64,000 nucleotides of DNA from Gemmatimonadota bacterium. GTDB lineage: Bacteria > Gemmatimonadota > Gemmatimonadetes > Gemmatimonadales > GWC2-71-9. The position numbers and the translations under genes are program-made. The notes below the pieces were generated by a model. It was not told where the DNA came from. It was given only the letters and a program-made list of their open reading frames with translations, and made no database searches. Numbering within the stretch: position 1 is the stretch's first letter; every line of letters starts with the position of its first letter. Location: contig JBDHKN010000006.1 of assembly GCA_039586365.1 (NCBI GenBank), forward strand, positions 7,162-71,161, written 5' to 3'. This document shows, one piece after another, positions 29,430 to 39,324 of this stretch.

Positions 29430-29897
29430 ATGCCAAGTTTCGTAAACCCGGACAAATGTGACGGATGCAAGGCTCTCGACAAGACGGCCTGTCAGTTCAT
29501 TTGCCCGAACGACCTCATGGTCTTGAACAAGGATACCATGAAGGCCTTCAACCAGGATCCACAGATGTGCTGGGAGTGCTACAGCTGCGTGAAGATCTGT
29601 CCGACGCAGGCGATTGAGGTACGTGGGTACGCTGACTTCGTGCCGCTGGGAGCGAGTGTTACGGCGATGCGCAGTACCGAGGACATCATGTGGACGGTTC
29701 AGTTCCGCAGTAAGGAGATCAAGCCGAAGCGGTTCAAGTTTCCCCACCGTAGGGGTGTTGAGGAAGGCAAAGCACAGCCATTCGATCACTATCCGACGGG
29801 CGACGATGATATCAAGAGCCCGACCTTGATGTGTGAGCCAGCCGGACTGAATACCGATAGAGGTCCGGTGAAAATGGACAAGGTGCCGACGGTGTAG
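29430..29897 (+). CDS. aprB: Adenylylsulfate (APS) reductase beta subunit
   Basis: MPSFVNPDKCDGCKALDKTACQFICPNDLM...CWECYSCVKICPTQAI, two [4Fe-4S] motifs, plus the extended C-terminal tail typical of AprB. RBS GAAAGGAAGAAGGAAG. Confidence 0.95.
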   Translation: MPSFVNPDKCDGCKALDKTACQFICPNDLMVLNKDTMKAFNQDPQMCWECYSCVKICPTQAIEVRGYADFVPLGASVTAMRSTEDIMWTVQFRSKEIKPKRFKFPHRRGVEEGKAQPFDHYPTGDDDIKSPTLMCEPAGLNTDRGPVKMDKVPTV

Positions 29898-29961
29898 TCG
29901 AGCACGGTCATGCAAAGAACTTGTTTCTTCGGCTGAGGAAACTCCAAGGAGAAGAGCGAAA

Positions 29962-31854
29962 ATGCCGAAATTTGAAACCGTAACGGTTGAGACGGACCTG
30001 CTGATCTGCGGCGGCGGGATGGCCGCCTGCGGTGCAGCTGTGGAAGCGGCGTACTGGGCCAAAAGGCATGGGCTGAAGGTCACGGTGGTCGACAAGGCGG
30101 CGATGGACCGCTCTGGGGCTGTCGCGATGGGCCTCTCTGCCATCAACCAGTACGTGGACCTGAACAGCGGTAACAACACGCTGAACGATTACATCGACTA
30201 CGTCCGCAACGACCTCATGGGTATCACGCGTGAGGATCTGGTAGCGAGCATCGCACGTCACGTGGACTCGACTGTCCACCTCTTCGAGAAGTGGGGTCTG
30301 CCCATCTGGAAGGACCAGGACGGCAACTATGTCCACGAGGGTCGTTGGCAGTTGATGATCAATGGTGAGTCGTACAAAGTCATCGTTGCCGAGGCAGCCA
30401 AGAACGCCCTGGCTGAGGCCGGTGGGGAGTACTTCGAGCGCGTCTTCATAACCCACCCACTGATGGACGGTGACAAGTGCGTGGGTGCGATTGGCTTCAG
30501 CGTCAGAGAGAACAAGGTGTATGTCTTCAAGGCCAAGGCCACGTTGGTGGCCATGGGTGGAGCGGTGCACGTGTTCAAGCCGCGCTCCACTGGTGAGGGC
30601 TTCGGCCGTTCCTGGTATCCGCCGTTCAACTCCGGCGCCAGCGCCTTTTTCACAATCTATGCCGGTGCCGAGATGACCTGTCAGGAAGTCCGGTTCATTC
30701 CGGTGCGCTTCAAAGACGCGTACGGACCGGTCGGTGCGTGGTTCCTGCTATTCAAGTCTATCGCAACGAATGCTTACGGCGGCAACTACATGCAGGACAA
30801 CGCCGCAGAGCTCGACAAGTGGGAGCCCTACGGCAAGGTGAAGCCGCGTCCCGCCAACATCCGCAATTGGCTGATGATGTTGGATGTAATGGAAGGCAAG
30901 AGCCCCATCTACATGCAGACAGCCGATGCCATCAAGGCAATTGCCGACAAAGCACCGGACGAGAAGGCCGCTAAGAAGAAGCTGAAGGAGCTGGAAGCAG
31001 AAGCTTGGGAGGACTTCCTCGACATGACGATCTCGCAGGCGATTCTCTGGGCTGCAACGAATGTCGAGCCCGAAAGGAAGCCGTCCGAGATCATGGCTTG
31101 TGATCCCTACTTCATCGGCTCCCACTCCGGTGCGTCCGGGGCTTGGGTCTCTGGACCGGAAGACCTCCAGACTGCGGAGACCAAGGCTGAGTACTTCTGG
31201 GGCTATCCGCACATGACGACGGTCAAAGGGATGTTCGCCGCGGGTGACGCCTCGGGAGCTTCGAGCCACAAGTTCTCATCCGGCTCGCACGCCGAAGGCC
31301 GTATTGCCGCCAAGGGAGCCATCTCCTACATCGTCGACAACAACACCCCACCCAACGTGGACCAGAAGCAGGTCGACGCGTTGACAGAGGAGATCCTGAA
31401 GCCACTCGACACCTTTGAGCAGTTCAAGGGTGCCACGACTGATCCGAACATCAATCCCAACTACATCCGCCCAACGCAGTTCATGTACCGGCTGCAGAAG
31501 ATCATGGACGAGTATTCGGGTGGTGTGTCGAGTCAGTTCAAGACCAATGACAAGCTCCTCGAGAAGGGCATGGAGTTGCTGGGTTACCTCAAGGAAGATG
31601 CTGGTCAACTCGCGGCGGAGAACCTACACGAGCTGATGCGGTGCTGGGAGAACGTCCATCGGATGTTCCAGGCGGACGCGCACATGCGTTCCATTCTCTT
31701 TCGTGAGGAGACTCGTTGGCCAGGTTACTACTTCCGGGCTGACAAGCCAAGCATGGACGACAAGAATTGGCTCGCCTTCTGCAATTGTGTTTACAAGAAG
31801 GACACGGGCGAGTGGGAGATGATCAAGAGGCCTGTCAAGCGCATCACAGCGTAG
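29962..31854 (+). CDS. aprA: Adenylylsulfate (APS) reductase alpha subunit (FAD)
   Basis: 630 aa with N-terminal FAD fold DLLICGGGMAACGAA and AprA-specific blocks (RWQLMINGESYK, FAAGDASGASSHKFSSGSHAEGR, RWPGYYFRAD). Confidence 0.97.
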   Translation: MPKFETVTVETDLLICGGGMAACGAAVEAAYWAKRHGLKVTVVDKAAMDRSGAVAMGLSAINQYVDLNSGNNTLNDYIDYVRNDLMGITREDLVASIARHVDSTVHLFEKWGLPIWKDQDGNYVHEGRWQLMINGESYKVIVAEAAKNALAEAGGEYFERVFITHPLMDGDKCVGAIGFSVRENKVYVFKAKATLVAMGGAVHVFKPRSTGEGFGRSWYPPFNSGASAFFTIYAGAEMTCQEVRFIPVRFKDAYGPVGAWFLLFKSIATNAYGGNYMQDNAAELDKWEPYGKVKPRPANIRNWLMMLDVMEGKSPIYMQTADAIKAIADKAPDEKAAKKKLKELEAEAWEDFLDMTISQAILWAATNVEPERKPSEIMACDPYFIGSHSGASGAWVSGPEDLQTAETKAEYFWGYPHMTTVKGMFAAGDASGASSHKFSSGSHAEGRIAAKGAISYIVDNNTPPNVDQKQVDALTEEILKPLDTFEQFKGATTDPNINPNYIRPTQFMYRLQKIMDEYSGGVSSQFKTNDKLLEKGMELLGYLKEDAGQLAAENLHELMRCWENVHRMFQADAHMRSILFREETRWPGYYFRADKPSMDDKNWLAFCNCVYKKDTGEWEMIKRPVKRITA

Positions 31855-32037
31855 GCTAAATAGATCTGCCAGGATTCTTGGGCGTCGCGGTGCGGCGTCC
31901 GAGGGTCCTGACTCCTGAATCAACTTCGATTTTCCTTCGTGCAAGTCCGAAGGCGTCTTTACAGACTGTGGGGCCGTGAACGGATGATCGCGGTTCCCGG
32001 ACCAATCCGAAGGACCGTTGAGCAACCGAGGAATCCC

Positions 32038-32322
32038 ATGGCAGACACACGTCGAACCTGCCCCCACTGCGGATCCCACCTCAAGAAGTGGTTGGTTCCG
32101 GCTGAGGCGAGCTGGAGCGAGGAGTTCTTCTTTGTCTGTTTCAATGACGACTGCTCCTACTATAAGGACGGCTGGCGCTGGATGAAAGAGAAGTACAACC
32201 AAGAAGCTTCCTATCGATACATGATCAATCCAACTACCGGTGCCGCATCGATGATACCAGTGTGGTCTGACTCCGCAACTCGGGAAATGGTGGTGGAGGA
32301 TGCCGAAGGAGATGAAGCATGA
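32038..32322 (+). CDS. Small zinc-ribbon protein of unknown function (apr/qmo-embedded)
   Basis: ATG 32038, 8 nt after GAGGA, gives 94 aa: MADTRRTCPHCGSHL...FVCFNDDCSYYKDGWRWM... (CxxC ... CxxxxC) with an acidic tail. Its stop overlaps the next start (ATGA at 32319-32322). Confidence 0.6.
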   Translation: MADTRRTCPHCGSHLKKWLVPAEASWSEEFFFVCFNDDCSYYKDGWRWMKEKYNQEASYRYMINPTTGAASMIPVWSDSATREMVVEDAEGDEA

Positions 32323-33209
32323 GCGACGGTCAGGACTCCCCGACCAGGGACCAACGTGAACAGCTGCAAGAGAAGATATTGACGGAATACCCTCGGCTCG
32401 GGCGGGACGACACGTTCCAGTTCTCTTGTCACCCCGGCGTGTCCTGCTTCAACAAGTGCTGCGGCGACGTCAACATATTCCTTTCTCCATATGATGTACT
32501 GCGAATGAAGCGGCGGCTCGGCATGAGTTCGACCGCTTTTCTGGACAAATACGCCCTCATGCCCGTTCAGAAGGACATGAAGACACCCGTCGTCATGCTG
32601 CGTATGAACGAGGACGATACTAAGAGTTGCCCTCACTTGACGGGCGGGGGGTGCGGCATCTACTCGGACCGACCATGGCCTTGTCGCATGTATCCGTTGG
32701 GGTTGGCGGCACAAAAGGATACGTCAGATGGATGGCGGGGTGATCGGTTCTATTTCGTGCTGCAAGAAGAAGGGTGTAAGGGATTCGGGGAAGGGCAGCA
32801 GTGGACGGTGCAGCAGTGGCTCGATGACCAAGGCATCGGCGAGTACGACGAATGGGGAGAAGCGTTCAAGGAACTGGCGCTTCACAAGTTCTTCGAGGAA
32901 GGTGGCGTCCTTTCACCTGAGAAGATGCACATGTTCTTCACTGCGTGCTACGACTTGGACAAGTTCCGGGAGTTCGTGTTCGGTAGCACGCTGTTGCAGC
33001 GGTTCGAGATGGACGAAGACTTCGTTGAAGAAATGCGCTACGAGGATGAAGCGTTGTTGCGGTTCGCGTTCTTGTGGCTGCGATTCAGTCTCTTCGGCGA
33101 GCCAACAATGAAGGTGAAGAAGGGCGTTTTCGAAGCCTTCAAGGGAAGCGTCGACAAGAAGCGGTTGTTCGACAGAGAGTTGGTCAAGACCTCCGAAGGG
33201 GATGCATGA
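32319..33209 (+). CDS. YkgJ-family (UPF0153) cysteine-cluster protein, long form
   Basis: 296 aa. CHPGVSCFNKCCGD and CPHLTGGGCGIYSDRPWPCRMYP match the YkgJ/CxxCxxCC family pattern. Overlaps both neighbours' stop/start codons. Confidence 0.75.
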   Translation: MSDGQDSPTRDQREQLQEKILTEYPRLGRDDTFQFSCHPGVSCFNKCCGDVNIFLSPYDVLRMKRRLGMSSTAFLDKYALMPVQKDMKTPVVMLRMNEDDTKSCPHLTGGGCGIYSDRPWPCRMYPLGLAAQKDTSDGWRGDRFYFVLQEEGCKGFGEGQQWTVQQWLDDQGIGEYDEWGEAFKELALHKFFEEGGVLSPEKMHMFFTACYDLDKFREFVFGSTLLQRFEMDEDFVEEMRYEDEALLRFAFLWLRFSLFGEPTMKVKKGVFEAFKGSVDKKRLFDRELVKTSEGDA

Positions 33210-34474
33210 TGAGCGGGCATGGCAAGAAGGGAAAGATCCTCGTGGTTGGTGGCGGGATCAGCGGTGTGACTGCAGCTGTGGAAGCAGCCGAGGCGGGTTG
33301 CGAGGTGGTGCTGGTGGAGAGGAATCCGTACTTGGGTGGCCGGGTGGCTCAAATGAACCAGTACTTCCCGAAACTCTGTCCGCCCAATTGCGGCTTGGAG
33401 ATAAACTTCCGTCGCATGAAGACCAATCCGCGGATTCAAATTCTAACGACGTCGGAAGTCGAGCAGATCACTGGTGCACCGGGCCACTACAAGGCAACGA
33501 TCCGCCAGCATCCGCGGTTTGTAAACAGTAAATGCACCGGTTGCGGCGCATGCGTAGATGCTTGTCCAGTGGAGCGGCCCGACGCATTCAACTACGGAAT
33601 GGGGTCGACCAAGGCAGTGTACCTGCCCTACGAGATGGCCTACCCGATGCGGTTCGTGATCGACGGCAGCGTGTGCCCCGGAGCAGAGTGCGGCAAGTGC
33701 GTACCGGCGTGTCCCTACGATGCCATCGACCTGGCCATGCAACCGGGGGTAATCGAACTGGAAGTCCAGGCGGTTGTCTGGGCCACCGGCTGGGACCCCT
33801 ACGATGCGAAGAAGATCGAAGGTCTGGGTTTTGGGACATATCCGAACGTGATAACCAATGTCATGATGGAGCGGCTGGCTGCACTCGGTGGTCCCACTGC
33901 AGGAAAGATTCAGCGACCCTCGGATGCCAAGGAAATCGAGTCGGCAGCGTTCGTTCAGTGTGCCGGTTCTCGCGACGAAAACTACCTGAAGCACTGCTCT
34001 GGAGTGTGCTGTCTCGGATCGCTCAAGCAGGCCCGCTACGTTCGCGAACAGTATCCCGAGGCGCAGATCTACATCTTCTACATCGACATCCGCGCACCAG
34101 GTCGGCTCGAGGATTTCTTCGTGGCGACCGAGGCAGACGAGAGACTCACTCTGATCAAAGGCAAAGTCGCTAAGATCGTCGAAGATTCGGCTAGTGGCGA
34201 TCTGCAGGTCGAGGCGGAGGACACGCTCTCGGGTGAGCGGGTGATACAGAAGGTAGATCTCGTTGTGCTGGCGACAGGTTTGGTGCCAAACGGTGCCGGT
34301 GCCACACAGGTCGAGGGTGGCTTGTCGACCGATGAGGACGGGTTCCTGCAGACCGAGCAGTCGCTTGGTGGACTGCTGGCCGCCGGATGTGCTAAGCGCC
34401 CGACGGAAGTGGCAACATGTGTTCGTGATGCCACCGGCGCTGTAGCAAAGGCTTTGCACTTCAGCGGGGAGTAG
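33206..34474 (+). CDS. qmoA: Quinone-interacting membrane-bound oxidoreductase subunit A (HdrA-like flavoprotein)
   Basis: ATGATG at 33206 overlaps the upstream stop. KILVVGGGISGVTAAVEAAEAGCEVVLVERNPYLGGR FAD fold, CTGCGACVDACP ferredoxin motif, and the GCAKRP C-terminal FAD motif. Confidence 0.9.
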   Translation: MMSGHGKKGKILVVGGGISGVTAAVEAAEAGCEVVLVERNPYLGGRVAQMNQYFPKLCPPNCGLEINFRRMKTNPRIQILTTSEVEQITGAPGHYKATIRQHPRFVNSKCTGCGACVDACPVERPDAFNYGMGSTKAVYLPYEMAYPMRFVIDGSVCPGAECGKCVPACPYDAIDLAMQPGVIELEVQAVVWATGWDPYDAKKIEGLGFGTYPNVITNVMMERLAALGGPTAGKIQRPSDAKEIESAAFVQCAGSRDENYLKHCSGVCCLGSLKQARYVREQYPEAQIYIFYIDIRAPGRLEDFFVATEADERLTLIKGKVAKIVEDSASGDLQVEAEDTLSGERVIQKVDLVVLATGLVPNGAGATQVEGGLSTDEDGFLQTEQSLGGLLAAGCAKRPTEVATCVRDATGAVAKALHFSGE

Positions 34475-34478
34475 AGCG

Positions 34479-36722
34479 GTGGAAAAGAAAGTAGCCGTTT
34501 ACATATGCCAAGGTTGCGATATCGGAGCCTCGTTGGATGTCGGGGCGCTGAGCAAGGTTGCCACTGGTGAGTGCAACGCGGCGATTTGCCGTGACCACGA
34601 ATGTCTCTGCTGCGACGAAGGCCGCGAAATGATAAAGCAGGATGTCCGGGAGGGCGCCAACGCTCTGGTGGTCGCTGCCTGCTCACCGCGCTTCATGACT
34701 GACGTCTTCATGTTCGATGGGTGCCGGACGGAACGGGTGAACTTGCGGGAGCACGTGGTCTGGAGCCACGAGCCAAACGACGAAGACACCCAGATGCTCG
34801 CTGACGACTATCTGCGCATGGGGGTAGCGCGGGCAAAGAAAGCGGAACTGCCCGATTCCTTCGAGACAGAGATCAACAAGACTGTTCTCGTGGTAGGGGG
34901 CGGGGCGACGGGCATGACGGCAGCCTTGGACGCAGCTGGTGCTGGCTACGAAGTGGTGCTGGTGGAAAGAGAGGAACAACTGGGTGGCTGGGCCGGCAAG
35001 TTCAAGTATCGGTTCCCGCTGAGTGCACCCTACCGAGAGCTGGAGTTGGTCGATCTCAAGCCGCGCATTGAAGCGGTCGAGAGCAATGAACGGATCAAGG
35101 TCTACAAAGGTGCCACGATAGGGCGCATTGACGGACAGCCCGGACAGTTTGATGTCTCTGTCAAGGCCAATGGCTCGTCAGCCGAGTTCCGTGTCGGCGC
35201 TATCGTGCAGGCAACGGGCTGGAAGCCATACGACGCGTCCAAACTTGGCCACTTGGGATACGGTCGCTGCCCCAACGTGATCACCAACGTTGAGATGGAG
35301 GAGTTGATCGCTGCCGGCAAGATCAACCGTCCCTCCGATGGTAAGCCCGCCCGTCGCATTGCCTTCATCCAGTGCGCGGGATCTCGCGATAAGGAACACT
35401 TGCCGTACTGCTCGGGAGTGTGTTGTCGCGTGACGATCAAGCAAGCGATGGTTGCCCGGCAGTACGACTCGGAGACTGAGGCCTACGTGCTCTACAAGGA
35501 CATCCGCACGCCGGGTCAATACGAGGACTTTTATCGCCGGGCTCAAGAAGACAGCGGCATCTTCTTCACCAAGGCGGAGGTCGTGGGTGTCGAGGAGACG
35601 GGAGAGCACAACCTGCAGGTGGAAGCAAAGGACACGCTGCTCGGTGACAGGATCTTGGTCGAGGCCGACTTGGTCGTCTTGGCCACCGGTATGGTGCCCA
35701 CCGCGGCTGATGGAGAGCTAATCCGCCGCTTCGTAGACGCCAAGGCGGTCGTCGCAAAAGGCGAAGCAGGTGCACAACTGGAAGCGGCCAAGAAGACGGT
35801 GGAGGAACTGCAGCATGTTGAGGGAACCTCGATTCTCAATTTGACCTATCGGCAGGGACCGGACCTCCCGTCTCTCAAATACGACTTCCCCGACTCGCAT
35901 TTCATCTGTTTCCCTTACGAGACACGACGCACCAGTATCTATACGGCCGGCTGCCTGCGCGCACCGAGTGATTCCCTGGTTTCTATGGAGGACGGTGCCG
36001 GTGCTGCGCTCAAGGCAATTCAGAGCCTAGAGTTGGCCGCCAAAGGAGAGGCGGTGCATCCTCGTTGGGGTGATGCTTCCTTTCCCGACTTCTTCCTGCA
36101 GCGGTGTACGCAGTGCAAGCGGTGCACTGAGGAATGCCCCTTTGGAACTCTGAACGAGGATGTCAAGGGCACGCCGCAACCCAATATCACTCGCTGCCGC
36201 CGGTGCGGCATTTGTATGGGCGCGTGTCCCGAACGGATCATCTCGTTCAAAGACTACTCCGTAGAAATCATCTCCTCGATGATCAAATCGGTTGAGATCC
36301 CCGACGAGTTCGAGGAGAAGCCTCGTCTGCTCGGCCTGATCTGTGAGAATGATGCCTATCCCACTCTTGACACAGCCGGCCTCAAGCGAATCAAGCACAG
36401 CGCGTTCATTCGCCTTATACCGGTGCGGTGCCTGGGATCCGTAAACATCGTCTGGATTGCCGACGCTTTGTCGCGTGGCTTTGACGGAATCCTGCTAGTC
36501 GGATGCAAGTCGGGCGACGACTACCAGTGCCATTTCATCCGCGGCAGCGAACTGATGGGCACGCGAAGCGACAACATCCGTGAGAAGCTCACCCAACTGG
36601 CCCTGGAAGAGGAACGCGTGCGGCTGGAGCAACTGCCTATCTCCGAATACGAGAGGCTACCGCAAATCATCAACGAGTTTGCGGAGCAGATTGAAGAGAT
36701 TGGATTGAACCCGTTCAAGTGA
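34479..36722 (+). CDS. qmoB: Qmo subunit B (HdrA-like with C-terminal MvhD-like domain)
   Basis: 747 aa. VLVVGGGATGMTAALDAAGAGYEVVLVERE, two CxxCxxCxxxCP motifs (CTQCKRCTEECP, CRRCGICMGACP), and an MvhD-like end (ILLVGCKSGDDYQCHF). Confidence 0.9.
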   Translation: MEKKVAVYICQGCDIGASLDVGALSKVATGECNAAICRDHECLCCDEGREMIKQDVREGANALVVAACSPRFMTDVFMFDGCRTERVNLREHVVWSHEPNDEDTQMLADDYLRMGVARAKKAELPDSFETEINKTVLVVGGGATGMTAALDAAGAGYEVVLVEREEQLGGWAGKFKYRFPLSAPYRELELVDLKPRIEAVESNERIKVYKGATIGRIDGQPGQFDVSVKANGSSAEFRVGAIVQATGWKPYDASKLGHLGYGRCPNVITNVEMEELIAAGKINRPSDGKPARRIAFIQCAGSRDKEHLPYCSGVCCRVTIKQAMVARQYDSETEAYVLYKDIRTPGQYEDFYRRAQEDSGIFFTKAEVVGVEETGEHNLQVEAKDTLLGDRILVEADLVVLATGMVPTAADGELIRRFVDAKAVVAKGEAGAQLEAAKKTVEELQHVEGTSILNLTYRQGPDLPSLKYDFPDSHFICFPYETRRTSIYTAGCLRAPSDSLVSMEDGAGAALKAIQSLELAAKGEAVHPRWGDASFPDFFLQRCTQCKRCTEECPFGTLNEDVKGTPQPNITRCRRCGICMGACPERIISFKDYSVEIISSMIKSVEIPDEFEEKPRLLGLICENDAYPTLDTAGLKRIKHSAFIRLIPVRCLGSVNIVWIADALSRGFDGILLVGCKSGDDYQCHFIRGSELMGTRSDNIREKLTQLALEEERVRLEQLPISEYERLPQIINEFAEQIEEIGLNPFK

Positions 36723-36739
36723 CCCTAGGAGCGCCGAGG

Positions 36740-36844
36740 ATGTCCGAGGCCCTATTGTTGAAACCGGACCGGAAGTTCGTCGAGGCGATCGTCGCATCAG
36801 GTGGTGACGGATCTGGGCTCAGTGGGGTCTCAGAGACCGTCTAA
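36740..36844 (+). pseudogene. qmoC: 34-codon ORF encoding only the conserved QmoC N-terminus (remnant or leader of split qmoC)
   Basis: MSEALLLKPDRKFVEAIVASGGDG... follows the QmoC N-terminal pattern (xPDxxFVxxxxxxGGD) but then runs out of frame to a TAA that overlaps the next ATG (TAATG at 36842-36846). RBS AGGAG/GAGGA upstream. Confidence 0.5.
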
Positions 36845-37911
36845 TGGCGGACCCTGACATCTGGCTTTGCCACCAGTGCAACGACTGTTCCAAGAAATGC
36901 CCGCGCGGGGCACGACCGGGTGACGTGCTCGCAGCGGTACGCAAACAAGCGGTGCAGTACCATTCGGCTCCGCGGTTTCTTGGCAACTTGGTGAATCGCA
37001 CCAAGTACTTCCCGCTGCTGTTCATGGCTTTGCCGGCAATACTACTGGCGCTGGCACTTACGGTTCGCGAGCCCCTGGAGCAGTTGCTCTCGCTCGGTGA
37101 GCCCCACGAAGCTCTGTACGCTGCGTTTTTCCCCCATTGGCTGCTGATCGGGTTCTACGCGTCCTTCACGGGTTTGGCCTTCATCGGTGCTGTGGTAGGC
37201 GTTGTGCGGTTCTGGCAAGCGATGCGAGTTGCTGACGCAGGTACCGATTCGGGACCACAGACTCTCGGAGTTGTACCCAGTATGGTACGGACCCTCAGAT
37301 CGATCCTCTTCCATGACAAGTTCGCCAAGTGTACGGATCAAGCCTCTCGGCGCTGGACGCATTTGCTGGCTTTCTACGGTTTCGTAGCGTTGTTCGTGGT
37401 CACGATCTGGGCGACCATCGACCTTTACTTAATGCCCGTATTTGGAGTGGATTCGCTCTATCCCTTTGACCTTCTTCACCCTATGAAGCTGCTCGCGAAC
37501 GTAGGTGGTGTGGTGTTGGTGGTCGGGTGTGTGAAGGCGATAACTGACCGCAGGCGTAGCCAATCGTCGGTCACCACGGCATTCGACAATCTCTTTGTTT
37601 GGTTGCTGCTGGGTGTGGCCGTTACGGGGTTCCTGACTGAGGTGTTCCGGTTCGCAATAGAGGGCGCAGGGCAATCAGGACTGACATTCAGCGCCTATTT
37701 CACGTATTTCGTACACCTGGTACTGGTGTTCGGGCTGCTGGTTTACCTGCCCTATTCGAAGTTCGCTCACTTGATATACCGCACGGTTGCTCTGGTTTAC
37801 GCCGAGCATTCTGGACGGAACTTAGACGGTCGCCAACTGCTGCCGGCGGCAGGCGCCCGGCCGCAGATTGAATCTCATGCTGACAAGGCCATCGAGGCCG
37901 CAAACGCGTGA
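36844..37911 (+). CDS. qmoC: Qmo subunit C, N-terminally truncated form (one Fe-S motif plus a heme-b membrane domain)
   Basis: [28 protein letters not shown] followed by ~6 TM helices (HdrE/NarI-like). The frame is also open upstream from 36808 (RIWAQWGLRDRL), which corresponds to canonical QmoC sequence following its first Fe-S motif. Confidence 0.85.
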   Translation: MADPDIWLCHQCNDCSKKCPRGARPGDVLAAVRKQAVQYHSAPRFLGNLVNRTKYFPLLFMALPAILLALALTVREPLEQLLSLGEPHEALYAAFFPHWLLIGFYASFTGLAFIGAVVGVVRFWQAMRVADAGTDSGPQTLGVVPSMVRTLRSILFHDKFAKCTDQASRRWTHLLAFYGFVALFVVTIWATIDLYLMPVFGVDSLYPFDLLHPMKLLANVGGVVLVVGCVKAITDRRRSQSSVTTAFDNLFVWLLLGVAVTGFLTEVFRFAIEGAGQSGLTFSAYFTYFVHLVLVFGLLVYLPYSKFAHLIYRTVALVYAEHSGRNLDGRQLLPAAGARPQIESHADKAIEAANA

Positions 37912-37925
37912 CAGGGGAACAAAAC

Positions 37926-39158
37926 ATGGATCAGCTAGTCAAGCCACATGGCAAAGAAAAGAAGCTCAAGCCCCTTATTCTCAAGGGCAAGGAGCTTGGT
38001 GAGGAACAGAAGAAAGCCGAGTCTCTCAAGAAGATCACCATGACTTCACGCGAGACGGGAGATGCCATCATGATGGGCATCGGCGGGTTCACACCGCTCG
38101 ATGGCTTCATGGGCAGTGCCGACTGGAAGGGTGTCTGCACGGACATGAAGCTGAGCGACGGAACGTTCTGGCCGATTCCCGTGACTGTGTCGGCTACGAA
38201 GCATGACGCCGACTCGATCAAAGAGGGTCAGGAAGTGACCCTGGTCGACGAAGAGACCGGGACCAACATGGCCACAATGAAGGTGACGGAAAAGTACACC
38301 ATCGATAAGCAGTTGGAGTGCAAAGAAGTGTACAGGACGGATGATTCGGAACATCCCGGCGTAGCGATGGTGATGGCGCAGGAGGACTTCAATCTGGGCG
38401 GGCCAATCAAGGTTCTGAGTGAGAGTTACTTCCCAGAGGAGTTCAAAGATGTCTACATGCGGCCCGCTGAGTCGCGGCAGCTGTTCAATGAGAAGGGGTG
38501 GCGGACCGTAGCTGCGTTGCAGTTGCGCAACCCGATGCACCGCTCGCACGAGTACCTGGCCAAGATCGCTTTGGAAGTTCTGGACGGCCTGTTTATCCAT
38601 CAATTGGTCGGCAAACTGAAACCGGGCGACATACCGGCCGATGTTCGAGTCAACTGTATCAACACTTTGGTGGAGAACTACTTCCTGAAGGACTCGGTTG
38701 TTCAGGGCGGTTACCCACTCGACATGCGCTACGCTGGGCCACGCGAGGCCCTACTCCACGCGGTGTTTCGGCAGAACTATGGATGCAGTCACTTGATTGT
38801 GGGCCGTGACCACGCTGGAGTAGGTAGCTACTACGGACCGTTCGACGCGCAAGAGATCTTCCATGAGATACCGGCGGGAGCACTCGAGACCCAACCGCTG
38901 AAGATCGACTGGACCTTCTACTGCTTCAAGTGTCGCGGCATGGCTTCCATGAAGACCTGCCCGCATGGCAAGGATGACCGGCTTCTATTGAGCGGCACGG
39001 TTCTGAGAAAGACTCTCTCGGAGGGTGGAGATCCACCAGATGACTTCAGCCGTCCTGAGGTGTTGGCCATTCTGAAGGACTACTACTCCGGTCTGGAAGA
39101 GAAGGTCGAGATAAAGCTACACCAGTTCGCAACGGGGGATGTGAAGAAGAAGAAGTGA
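37926..39158 (+). CDS. sat: Sulfate adenylyltransferase (ATP sulfurylase)
   Basis: MDQLVKPHG..., [22 protein letters not shown], and a zinc-type CFKC...CPH motif. GTG 37908, which overlaps the qmoC stop, is an alternative start. Confidence 0.95.
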   Translation: MDQLVKPHGKEKKLKPLILKGKELGEEQKKAESLKKITMTSRETGDAIMMGIGGFTPLDGFMGSADWKGVCTDMKLSDGTFWPIPVTVSATKHDADSIKEGQEVTLVDEETGTNMATMKVTEKYTIDKQLECKEVYRTDDSEHPGVAMVMAQEDFNLGGPIKVLSESYFPEEFKDVYMRPAESRQLFNEKGWRTVAALQLRNPMHRSHEYLAKIALEVLDGLFIHQLVGKLKPGDIPADVRVNCINTLVENYFLKDSVVQGGYPLDMRYAGPREALLHAVFRQNYGCSHLIVGRDHAGVGSYYGPFDAQEIFHEIPAGALETQPLKIDWTFYCFKCRGMASMKTCPHGKDDRLLLSGTVLRKTLSEGGDPPDDFSRPEVLAILKDYYSGLEEKVEIKLHQFATGDVKKKK

Positions 39159-39324
39159 AGGATTGGCCGTACGTGAAGACCGTGCCACAGTACACGGCTG
39201 ACCTGTGAGCGTATCGCTCGAGTGAACGGCTTCGCCGCGGGCAACTAACAGCGACATGTAGACCGCAACCAGGCCATGATGAGCGGCCAGATGTGAAACG
39301 TGGGCCCAAGAACGGAGGACGTAG

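Noticed and set aside
31939-32037. N-terminal 33-codon extension of the zinc-ribbon ORF (MQVRRRLYRLWGRERM...)
   Set aside because: It is Arg-rich and has no RBS, and it overlaps a small hairpin after aprA. ATG 32038 has a GAGGA Shine-Dalgarno 8 nt upstream, so the shorter ORF was reported.
33443-34459. 338-aa minus-strand ORF opposite qmoA. Similar long antisense ORFs lie at 29403-30179, 41362-42183, 48600-49268, 50283-51050 and 55158-55832.
   Set aside because: Each lies entirely inside a strongly supported coding region on the other strand or in another frame. They lack RBS and motif support and show a compositional bias (R/P/S/A-rich) typical of GC-rich out-of-frame translation.
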